From positions 9,905 to 73,904 of the forward strand of contig JAUYLZ010000033.1 of NCBI GenBank assembly GCA_030698385.1: a stretch of DNA of 64,000 nt. Direction: 5' to 3'. Origin of the DNA: a bacterium (GTDB lineage Bacteria; Patescibacteriota; Patescibacteriia; Patescibacteriales; XYC2-FULL-47-12). The notes under the pieces were generated by a model. That model was not told the origin of the DNA. It searched no databases and saw only the letters and a program-made list of their open reading frames with translations. Each line of letters starts with the position of its first letter. The first letter of the stretch is position 1. Below, in pieces: positions 29,036 through 36,779 of this stretch. The translations under genes were made by a program, and so were the position numbers.

Positions 29036-30016
29036 TTATAATTTAATCAAGCCATTCTGCGCGCCGCGCTTGCTAATCACTGACGCGGTATTTCTAATGC
29101 CCAGCCCGATCGCTTTTTTTATATTACCGTCGTAGAGTATAAGCCCTGAGATAAAAGATGAGCCGAACGCGTCGCCAACGCCGGTTGTATCAAGTCTTTT
29201 TGAGTCAATAATGTTTGAGTGATAAAAATTTTTGCCGTCATACGCGTCAGCGCCGGAGCGGCCGCGCGTGATCACAACTATTTTTGGGCCGTAACTGCTG
29301 ATAACACGCAGCAGATTTTTTATATTATTTAAAAAAGTGGCGTTGTGCTTGCGGCGCGACATTATTTTACGATCATTAACAACCAGCTCGGTCGCTTCAT
29401 CCTGATTCATAATTATGGTATGCGTATGCTCCAAATATTTTCTAACCAGCGCTGAGCCTTCATGCAACTGAACCGAACCGGGGTTCCAAGCAATTTTAAA
29501 GTTTTGACCGGGATGAAAAATTTTTTTCAAATTTCCCCGCCAGTCGCCGCTCAGCGAGCACACATAGACAAAGTTGGTTTCAAGCTTTTTTAAAACCGCT
29601 GAAGAAATAATCAGGCTGTCATTCGCGCCGCGAAAAGTAAATATCGTATGCTCATTATCAGGATATAAAACCAAAGAAACCGAAAAACCGCTAATTTTTA
29701 GTTTATCATACTGAATATAAGCGGTATCAACGCCTTCCTCCTGAAAATGCTCAATAATTTTTTGGGCGCGCTGGCCATTGCCCACACAAGCGATCGCTGC
29801 TGTTTTCAGACCTAGTCTTGAGGCTGAAACAGCCACATTTGAAGCCCCGCCGCCAAAATTAAACTCAGCTTCATTGACAACAATCTTTGCGCCATATTCA
29901 AAAGCCAGCAGCTGCTGGCGCAATATATCGCTTTTATTATCTATTACCTGGCCTTCTCTGACGCAAAAAGTAATATCCTCCACTGCTCCGCCAATTGTGA
30001 TAATGTCATGTTTCAT
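29036..30016 (-). CDS. PfkB-family carbohydrate kinase (ribokinase-like)
   Basis: 326 aa. N-terminal DIITIGGAVEDI, C-terminal DTTGVGDAFGSSFISG (PfkB signature 2). Confidence 0.8.
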   Translation of the reverse strand: MKHDIITIGGAVEDITFCVREGQVIDNKSDILRQQLLAFEYGAKIVVNEAEFNFGGGASNVAVSASRLGLKTAAIACVGNGQRAQKIIEHFQEEGVDTAYIQYDKLKISGFSVSLVLYPDNEHTIFTFRGANDSLIISSAVLKKLETNFVYVCSLSGDWRGNLKKIFHPGQNFKIAWNPGSVQLHEGSALVRKYLEHTHTIIMNQDEATELVVNDRKIMSRRKHNATFLNNIKNLLRVISSYGPKIVVITRGRSGADAYDGKNFYHSNIIDSKRLDTTGVGDAFGSSFISGLILYDGNIKKAIGLGIRNTASVISKRGAQNGLIKL

Positions 30017-30134
30017 AACTTTTTTTTTAAAAAAATTATTATATTTTTATTATAACAAAATTAGCAAAAAAATAAAGGTGAAGCGCTATCACCTTTATTT
30101 GCTAATTTTTAAAAATAATTTTGCAACCATCTCA

Positions 30135-31052
30135 TTATACCTTTAAATATTTTCCAACAGCCAAAAGTGAGGCGACAATATTTATAATGGCCGCTATCAA
30201 AAATTGAATGCCAAAAATCTTAATGAAATTATCCTGAAAGTATCCAACCAATTGCAAGTTCCCTGCCTCGAAAAAAGCCCCCAAGTACGGCTGCAATAAA
30301 TGCACAAATGGATAAAATATTAGAATTATTCCCAAAACACCGCCAAACGCGTATAATATTGCCTCAGCTAAAAATGGCGCGCGAATGAACCAATTGCTCG
30401 CGCCCACCAGCTTCATAATTCGAATTTCTTTTTGATGCGTGTAAATGGCAATGCGAATAGCGTTAAAAACAACCAGAATTGTAATCGCGCCAAAAATAAT
30501 GCTGATCAAAATCGCAACCTGCTGAGCCTTGTAGGTAATATTTTGCATGCTGGTTAAAAGGCTTTTGTGATCGTCAAAATCTCGGCTCTCAATAATATTA
30601 TTTTTGCTCAAATTATCCAGCGAAGCAATCACTTTTTCATAATCAGGCAATTTTCGCGCGCTTACTACCAAGCTTGGATTAAGCGGATTGTTGCCCAGTT
30701 CTCGCAGTGATTCTATAATCTCAGAATCGTCTTTGTGCTTGAACTGAAAAGCCTCCAGCGCCTGCGCTTTGGAAATATATTCAACACCGGTAACCTCTGG
30801 CAAAAGCGTCAATTCATTTTTTAATACGCCGATGTCTTCTTCATTCGCATCCGTGGCTAGGTAAAGACTGAGATCGATTTTACTTTCTACCGATGCAATG
30901 GCGGCTTGTGAGACTACGCCGACGATGATTAAAAAGTTTATGGAAAAAAGCGACAAAATTAAAATAGTAATCGTGATCAGCGACAGCCAAAAGTTCCGGA
31001 AAAAATCCTGAAAGGCGAACTTTACTATTCTGATGAATGAGAGGATGACCAT
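30135..31052 (-). CDS. ftsX: cell division permease FtsX
   Basis: 305 aa. TM1, large extracytoplasmic loop, then 3 TM with the FtsX-like C-terminal pattern. Confidence 0.8.
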   Translation of the reverse strand: MVILSFIRIVKFAFQDFFRNFWLSLITITILILSLFSINFLIIVGVVSQAAIASVESKIDLSLYLATDANEEDIGVLKNELTLLPEVTGVEYISKAQALEAFQFKHKDDSEIIESLRELGNNPLNPSLVVSARKLPDYEKVIASLDNLSKNNIIESRDFDDHKSLLTSMQNITYKAQQVAILISIIFGAITILVVFNAIRIAIYTHQKEIRIMKLVGASNWFIRAPFLAEAILYAFGGVLGIILIFYPFVHLLQPYLGAFFEAGNLQLVGYFQDNFIKIFGIQFLIAAIINIVASLLAVGKYLKV

Positions 31053-31135
31053 GGGAAAATTTTTAATTTCTAATTGACCTAATTTCTAAAAAATTCTAAT
31101 GTCTCAATGTCTAATATTAATATCTTCTTTTTGTT

Positions 31136-32542
31136 TTAAATTTCTTTTATTGAACTTATTATTCTTTGATAAACATTAATTAGTTGACTTTGATCACTTT
31201 CAACTGCCGAAAATCTAAGCGTTAAAATAAATTTGTTGTTAGAAACTAGACCAACAGTCAGAATTTGAGTATTCAACATAGCCTCATTAACAAGACTTTC
31301 ATCGTCATAAAAAATTAATTTGTGTAACTTTATTCCGTCGTCACTCCTAACAACGCTTTTATCTTTAAATGGTAAAGCAAATTCGTAATCTAAATTTTCA
31401 TCTAAATTATCAAAATTAAAATTTTGCCAATTTTCTTGGACTAAAACCTCCATTAACACTCCTTTAACTAACTCACTAGCATTACTCACAAAATTCTCTG
31501 ACTTAATGTCTGCTATTTTTGAAAACTGATTAACCGAATTTAAAATCCATTCTTTCGGATACTGAAACTCAAATCCATACTCCCCATTCCGATAGGTTTG
31601 CCAATCACTTGTATCAATGTCAGCTGTGTCGTTACTGTCTATAAATTTGAAAGTTAAAATAATTTTATCAACTAAACCTCTATCTTCTCCAGCTTGTAAA
31701 TAGCTGGAATATCTAACGAGCTTGCCGTCTATGACCACGGCAATATCATCAGAATGAACTGCTGTGCATGTGTATTTAAAAAACTTTGCTGAATTATTAT
31801 TTATAACAACATCACTAACATTTTCAATACAACTTTCAATTTCACTTATATAATCGTCTGTGTTATTAAACTCTGGAATTACTTTTATACTTAGAGTTGG
31901 TGGAGGAACAAAATCCCCTATTAACTGTTTAGCTCTGTTAGGTGAATAATATGCCTCTTTTTGTTTTACCCAATCTTTTGGCATACTTACTTCAAATCCA
32001 TACTCCTCATTCCGATATGTTTCCCAGTCCTTCGTTGAAACTTCGGACTGCAAGCCCAAGTCATTAATTTCTGTGCCTAATAATTCAAAACTCTCGGCCA
32101 TAGCGTTGATGATGTCACGGTACTGGAACGCGCCGCGCAGAATGTATTGTAAATCGTCTTGCGTGCTAACTACTTTGAGATAACCGTCATAACGCAACTC
32201 CGCCGTAATGTCAACGGCCAAAAGCTCAACCGGATAATCTCTTCCCTTGTTCAAAGCTTCTTCACTCATGGTAAAGCCAAAAAAATACTTAACCGGCGTC
32301 TGCTCGGCGCTCACATCGCGCTGCCACCACCATCCTTGCGGCAACTTCATACTGAAGCCCTCGCTCTCGCGCGCGAGCGTCTGCCATTTGGCTAAATCAC
32401 CAACGGGGACTTGGGCAACTTGCTCGTTCTGTGCGGCAATTCCCCTGTCTTTAGCGACTGGAATTTCCCCCGCCTTCAAACAACCGGATAAAATAAACGC
32501 GGCGGCAAGGATTAAAATGGATGTTTTAAAAAATTGAGACAT
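31136..32542 (-). CDS. lipoprotein of unknown function (paralog of 32562..33506, carries extra repeat modules)
   Basis: 468 aa. Lipobox LSGC. Shares ~120 aa N-terminal domain with its neighbour (PVGDLAKWQTL-RESE, YPVELL, YDGYL, QYRDIINAM). Internal repeats DWQTYRNGEYGFEFQYPKEW / DWETYRNEEYGFEVSMPKDW. Confidence 0.6.
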   Translation of the reverse strand: MSQFFKTSILILAAAFILSGCLKAGEIPVAKDRGIAAQNEQVAQVPVGDLAKWQTLARESEGFSMKLPQGWWWQRDVSAEQTPVKYFFGFTMSEEALNKGRDYPVELLAVDITAELRYDGYLKVVSTQDDLQYILRGAFQYRDIINAMAESFELLGTEINDLGLQSEVSTKDWETYRNEEYGFEVSMPKDWVKQKEAYYSPNRAKQLIGDFVPPPTLSIKVIPEFNNTDDYISEIESCIENVSDVVINNNSAKFFKYTCTAVHSDDIAVVIDGKLVRYSSYLQAGEDRGLVDKIILTFKFIDSNDTADIDTSDWQTYRNGEYGFEFQYPKEWILNSVNQFSKIADIKSENFVSNASELVKGVLMEVLVQENWQNFNFDNLDENLDYEFALPFKDKSVVRSDDGIKLHKLIFYDDESLVNEAMLNTQILTVGLVSNNKFILTLRFSAVESDQSQLINVYQRIISSIKEI

Positions 32543-32561
32543 TGGAATTTTTGATTAATTG

Positions 32562-33506
32562 TTAATTTTCTATGAACTTAAAACTTGAGGCAATGCCGTC
32601 TTGAAAATAAGTGTCCGTCCAGTTGTCTATGACAATTGAAATTAAATTGCCGCCGTCTATTACCTGCAACCAATACCAGTCGCCATAATTCACTGTTGTC
32701 AACAGCGCTTTTTTACCGCCAAGAGTAATTTCTCTTTTGGCAATACGGTCGGCGGCCAAACCGCCTTCATTATTTGGACCGCGGCCGCGCTTGTCATAGT
32801 TGTACAAAATTTCGGCCACATCCGTTGATTGGGTTGTCTCAATTTTCAAAAAATCCGGCGACACGAAACATGATATTTCGCCGCAGAACTCCAGATAAAA
32901 AACAGCGCCATCTTTTTTGTCTTCATAAATTTTTACCTGAGACGGGTATTTGAATTCAAAGCCATACTGATCATTCCGGTAAACCGGCCAACTTGTTATA
33001 TCCACGTTTTCATCAAGAAATTTAAAACTATCAATCATGGCGTTAATGATATCGCGATACTGGCGGCCGCCGCGCAAGACATACCGCGCGTCATCTCTGA
33101 TCATAAATGTTCGCAGATAGCCATCATAGCCCCATTCAGATCCGTCAGTGGTTATTAAAAATTCAACCGGATAATTCGCGCCTTTTCCCAAAGTCTCCTG
33201 GCTGGGCGCCAGTCCGAGAAAAAATGAAGTTTCCGGCGTTTCACCATCCCAGTCTCTTTGCCAGTACCAGCTTTGCGGATACTTAATGACAAAATTTTCA
33301 CTTTCTCGCTTCAGCGTCTGCCACTTGGCCAAATCACCAATGGGTACTTGCTCTGTATCTTTTTGTTTCGGCGTTATAAAACTCTCACCGGTATTAACTT
33401 TTTTCTGGCAACCGGATAATAATACTATTATTACCAAAATTAAAAAAATTATTCCTAGTTTCCTAGCCATTAATTTTTTGTAAAAAATCTGAAAATTAAA
33501 AATCAT
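32562..33506 (-). CDS. lipoprotein of unknown function (paralog of 31136..32542)
   Basis: 314 aa. Lipobox LSGC. Same conserved domain plus one WPVYRNDQYGFEFKYP module. Confidence 0.6.
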   Translation of the reverse strand: MIFNFQIFYKKLMARKLGIIFLILVIIVLLSGCQKKVNTGESFITPKQKDTEQVPIGDLAKWQTLKRESENFVIKYPQSWYWQRDWDGETPETSFFLGLAPSQETLGKGANYPVEFLITTDGSEWGYDGYLRTFMIRDDARYVLRGGRQYRDIINAMIDSFKFLDENVDITSWPVYRNDQYGFEFKYPSQVKIYEDKKDGAVFYLEFCGEISCFVSPDFLKIETTQSTDVAEILYNYDKRGRGPNNEGGLAADRIAKREITLGGKKALLTTVNYGDWYWLQVIDGGNLISIVIDNWTDTYFQDGIASSFKFIEN

Positions 33507-33516
33507 AAACCTAAAA

Positions 33517-34203
33517 TTAAAGCAGATACTTCCCTTTCTTCTGATCAGAAATCACCCGCCCGCCGTCAATGGTAATGACGCGGCGGCGCAGGCTATTCAC
33601 GACTTCTTTGTTGTGCGTAACCAAAATTATCGTGGTTCCCAATCGATTAATTCGCTCCAGCAGTGAAATAATATCAGCGGCATTAATTGAATCCAAATTT
33701 CCGGTCGGTTCATCAGCGAGCAGAATTTTTGGCCGGTGCACGAGCGAGCGCGCGATGACTACGCGCTGTTGCTCGCCGCCGGAAACTTCAGACGGGTAAC
33801 GGTGCATCTTGTGTTCCAATCCGACCAGTTTGAAAACCTGCGGTACAATCGCTTTTATCTGCGATGGCACATGTCCGCAAACCTGCATGGCGAAAGAAAC
33901 ATTTTCAAACAAGGTTTTCTTCGGCAACAGTTTAAAATCCTGAAAAACAACGCCGATCTGGCGCCGCAAATAAGGTATTTCGCGCTGTTTAATATGCGTT
34001 ATGTCCCAGTCGCCGAGAATTATCTTTCCTTGGCTGATGCGCTCCTCTCCGATCAGAGCTTTCACCATAGTGGTCTTGCCGGTGCCTGACTGTCCGACAA
34101 TAGAAACAAACTCTCCCGGTCCAATAAACAGACTGAGATTATTCAGCGCCTTGATGTTCGGCGGATATATTTTTGTTACATTTTCAAAAGTAATCATGTT
34201 CAA
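33517..34203 (-). CDS. ftsE: cell division ATP-binding protein FtsE
   Basis: 228 aa. Walker A GQSGTGKTT, ABC signature SGGEQQRVVIARSL, Walker B ILLADEPTGNLD. Confidence 0.9.
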   Translation of the reverse strand: MNMITFENVTKIYPPNIKALNNLSLFIGPGEFVSIVGQSGTGKTTMVKALIGEERISQGKIILGDWDITHIKQREIPYLRRQIGVVFQDFKLLPKKTLFENVSFAMQVCGHVPSQIKAIVPQVFKLVGLEHKMHRYPSEVSGGEQQRVVIARSLVHRPKILLADEPTGNLDSINAADIISLLERINRLGTTIILVTHNKEVVNSLRRRVITIDGGRVISDQKKGKYLL

Positions 34204-34282
34204 GAGATTTTGTACGGATTTAATTATGTTTGCGAACCATTAATACGAATCGTTTTAAGTATCTAAATGTTCGTGCAGCTAT

Positions 34283-34325
34283 GCGCCTGCCTGCCGCCTG
34301 CCTGCCGGTAGGCAGGGCAGGCAGG
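34283..34325. repeat. GC-rich palindrome (cctgcctgcc tandem plus inverted copy)
   Basis: gcctgcctgccgcctgcctgccggtaggcagggcaggcagg forms a ~15-bp G+C hairpin, anomalous against the AT-rich background. No T-tract follows on either strand. Confidence 0.5.
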
Positions 34326-34459
34326 AATGCCGCGAATGCACTTAACGTTAATTTATACATTTTCAAACATTTCTTTAAAATTTACTAATTATAAAAAATT
34401 TATCATTGTATATAGCGCTAGAAGTGTATTCCAAAGCAAGAAGCCAGCAACCGGAATCA

Positions 34460-34771
34460 TTAAAATAATGGCCTTGATACGAAATCGAATATATAGTAAA
34501 TGGTCGCAGAATAAATTAAAAAAATTACTATTGTTAACATGGCCTTATTTCTAGTTGGAATATTTTTATTCAAGACGGTGGTAATAGATAAAGATGCTAT
34601 TAATGGAACAACTATAAAAACCACAAAGAATATTGATAATGCTTCAAAGTCCTTAAATGAATTTAACTCTGAAATTTCTCTACCATTTTTTAAAATAGTA
34701 AGAATTGATATTATAATAGTAAAGACAAAAATAGTTAGAAAAACAAATAATAATCTTTTTAATTTATTCAT
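34460..34771 (-). CDS. hypothetical membrane protein
   Basis: ORF track gives 34460..34867. Start moved to the internal Met (MNKLKRLL...) to avoid a 70-bp overlap with the upstream dacA-like gene. 3 TM. Confidence 0.4.
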   Translation of the reverse strand: MNKLKRLLFVFLTIFVFTIIISILTILKNGREISELNSFKDFEALSIFFVVFIVVPLIASLSITTVLNKNIPTRNKAMLTIVIFLIYSATIYYIFDFVSRPLF

Positions 34772-34796
34772 AATTAAACGCTTAAATTTTGCATAA

Positions 34797-36371
34797 CTAC
34801 CGACGCATTGCGTAACGCAATAAATCGGCAACTTCATTAAAGCTCTGATCTCTGGTTCGCGCGCCAAATAGCACGGCTACTAAATTTCTGTCTGCAAATT
34901 TTGCCTTGGTCATCAGGCAATAGCCGGCTTCGTCCAAATAGCCGGTTTTGCCGCCGGTTATATAAAAATCATCAGCTAGCAATCTGTTTGTATTTCGGAT
35001 GTTAAATTTCTTTTTCTCTTTAATTGTTTCAAAGGCGTATTCTTTCAGTGTCGTCACCTCAAGCAGTCTAATATCTTTAAGAACCTCTTTGCTTATTATA
35101 ACATAATTTGACACTGTTGACACATTTTGTGGAGCTAAACCGGTTGGTTCAATAAAGACGGTGCTGGTCGCTCCCCAGGAATGGACTTTTTCATTCATTT
35201 TGTTGATAAAATCACCACGCTCTAGCCCGCTAACTCTGACCAATGTCTCAACCGTATTATTTGTTGAGGCCATTAAAGAGGTGTAGAAAAGATCTTTTAT
35301 CTTTAGTTCATCATTATCAGCGATGCGTAAACGCGCCGCTTCATACTTATCCACATGAGCATGAGTTATTTCTTCGTCAATATTTTTGTAAGCCACTATT
35401 TTTTCAAAATCCGGATTAGTGTCTAAAAAAACACTCGCTGATATCAGCTTGGTCAAACTGGCCAAAGGCAATGCTTGGTCAATATTTTTTTCGTAAATTA
35501 TCTCATCAGTATCTACATCTTTTACAACGGCCGCTACCGATGCCACCTCCGGTAATAAGCCGATTTGATCTATTTTTATACCCATTATTCGTCCGGAGTC
35601 TTGCGTTATTTGCAAAGGCTCTATTGAAACATTGATAATGCCGGCGCCAAGCGGAGCTAGTTTTTCAAAAGCGACTTTGTCCAGGTCTATTACTCTGCCG
35701 GGATGCAACGCGCGATCCGGCCCGTAGTCATTGACTTCCACATCGACAAATTTTGAATTGTCATAATTCCAAACGCGCAAGATAGATCCCTTGGGAAAAT
35801 CAGGCGAAGCGGCAAAATTACCGCTTTTATAACCATACCAACTGGCATTGCCGCTGCCCATAATCTCGGGGTTGGAAAAAACAGCGATGCGCGCAAAGGG
35901 CAGATGGATGTAAGCTCGAACCATGTTCTCACCGACATAATCGCGGGTCGGCAATGGCCGCCAGGCGTTAAAACCTTTGTCAAAAAAATACACTTGTTTC
36001 ATGTCTGTGCTGGCGCCACCATACTTCATCTGAATAATAAAAGGTATGTTATTGTCGTAGGCTGATTTGTTGCGAAATTCAAACTGATAAATTTCACTGA
36101 CTCTATCCATTGACCATGGCTCGTCAATTGGTTCATGCAACTCTGCGACATCAACGCCGGTTGCCTCGTTGAGAATCCCCGGAGTTAGTGAAAGTTTTAG
36201 CGCGCCATCAAAAGCGTTTACCGTATAACCTTTGGAAATTGTCGGCTCATCCAAATTAATAAAAAAAGACTTATTTTGCGCGACTGCTTCGGTTTGCGCG
36301 TTTACGGCGTTAAAAGTAAAAAAAATAAGACCTGAGATTATTAATACTTGCCAGAATTGATTTTTTTTCAT
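34797..36371 (-). CDS. secreted D-alanyl-D-alanine carboxypeptidase (peptidase S11, PBP5-like) fused to an N-terminal RlpA-like DPBB domain
   Basis: 524 aa. Signal peptide. DPBB-like block GNASWYGYKSGNFAASPDFPKGSILRVWNYDNSKFVDVEVNDYGPD. S11 motifs SLTK (SxxK), STN (SxN), KTG. Confidence 0.75.
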   Translation of the reverse strand: MKKNQFWQVLIISGLIFFTFNAVNAQTEAVAQNKSFFINLDEPTISKGYTVNAFDGALKLSLTPGILNEATGVDVAELHEPIDEPWSMDRVSEIYQFEFRNKSAYDNNIPFIIQMKYGGASTDMKQVYFFDKGFNAWRPLPTRDYVGENMVRAYIHLPFARIAVFSNPEIMGSGNASWYGYKSGNFAASPDFPKGSILRVWNYDNSKFVDVEVNDYGPDRALHPGRVIDLDKVAFEKLAPLGAGIINVSIEPLQITQDSGRIMGIKIDQIGLLPEVASVAAVVKDVDTDEIIYEKNIDQALPLASLTKLISASVFLDTNPDFEKIVAYKNIDEEITHAHVDKYEAARLRIADNDELKIKDLFYTSLMASTNNTVETLVRVSGLERGDFINKMNEKVHSWGATSTVFIEPTGLAPQNVSTVSNYVIISKEVLKDIRLLEVTTLKEYAFETIKEKKKFNIRNTNRLLADDFYITGGKTGYLDEAGYCLMTKAKFADRNLVAVLFGARTRDQSFNEVADLLRYAMRR

Positions 36372-36497
36372 AGTATGATAGTTAGTTAACTGATTAGGTA
36401 TAATGATAATATTTTAGTACTGCAATGCTAATACTCTAAAACGGGTATAGTATAATGATAGTATGTGACCTTCCCCCGTCTGACACAGCCTGAGCGA

Positions 36498-36568
36498 GCG
36501 AGATTAGTACAGTGGTAGTATATCGGCTTCCCAAGCCGAGGACGCCAGTTCGATCCTGGTATCTCGCT
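36498..36568 (+). tRNA. tRNA-Gly (anticodon CCC)
   Basis: Hand-folded cloverleaf: acceptor GCGAGAT/ATCTCGC, D-arm GTAC-AGTGGTA-GTAT, anticodon arm TCGGC-TTCCCAA-GCCGA, T-arm GCCAG-TTCGATC-CTGGT, discriminator T. No encoded CCA. Confidence 0.75.
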
Positions 36569-36699
36569 CAGTCCGGCGATGGCGGGCAGGCAAGGTTGAG
36601 GCACGAGTCCGATTCCCGTTACCCGCTCTGGTAATTTCAGATTTCAAATTTCAGAATGAAAAATATGTTATTTTGAAATTTGAAATTTACGTTTAAAAC

Positions 36700-36775
36700 G
36701 CCGAAATAGCTCAGCTGGTAGAGCAATGCTTTCGTAAAGCAGAGGTCGGGAGTTCGAATCTCCCTTTCGGCTCCA
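36700..36775 (+). tRNA. tRNA-Thr (anticodon CGU)
   Basis: Acceptor GCCGAAA/TTTCGGC, D-arm GCTC-AGCTGGTA-GAGC, anticodon loop TTCGTAA, T-arm GGGAG-TTCGAAT-CTCCC, CCA encoded. Confidence 0.85.
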
Positions 36776-36779
36776 TTAT

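Noticed and set aside
34772-34867. N-terminal 32 codons of ORF 34460..34867
   Set aside because: Would overlap the dacA-like gene by 70 bp. The internal Met start removes the overlap.
35690-35983. 97-aa minus ORF
   Set aside because: Alternative frame inside the DD-carboxypeptidase gene.
36372-36497. Additional tRNA upstream of tRNA-Gly
   Set aside because: Sequence is AT-rich with two tataatgata promoter-like boxes. No cloverleaf could be folded.
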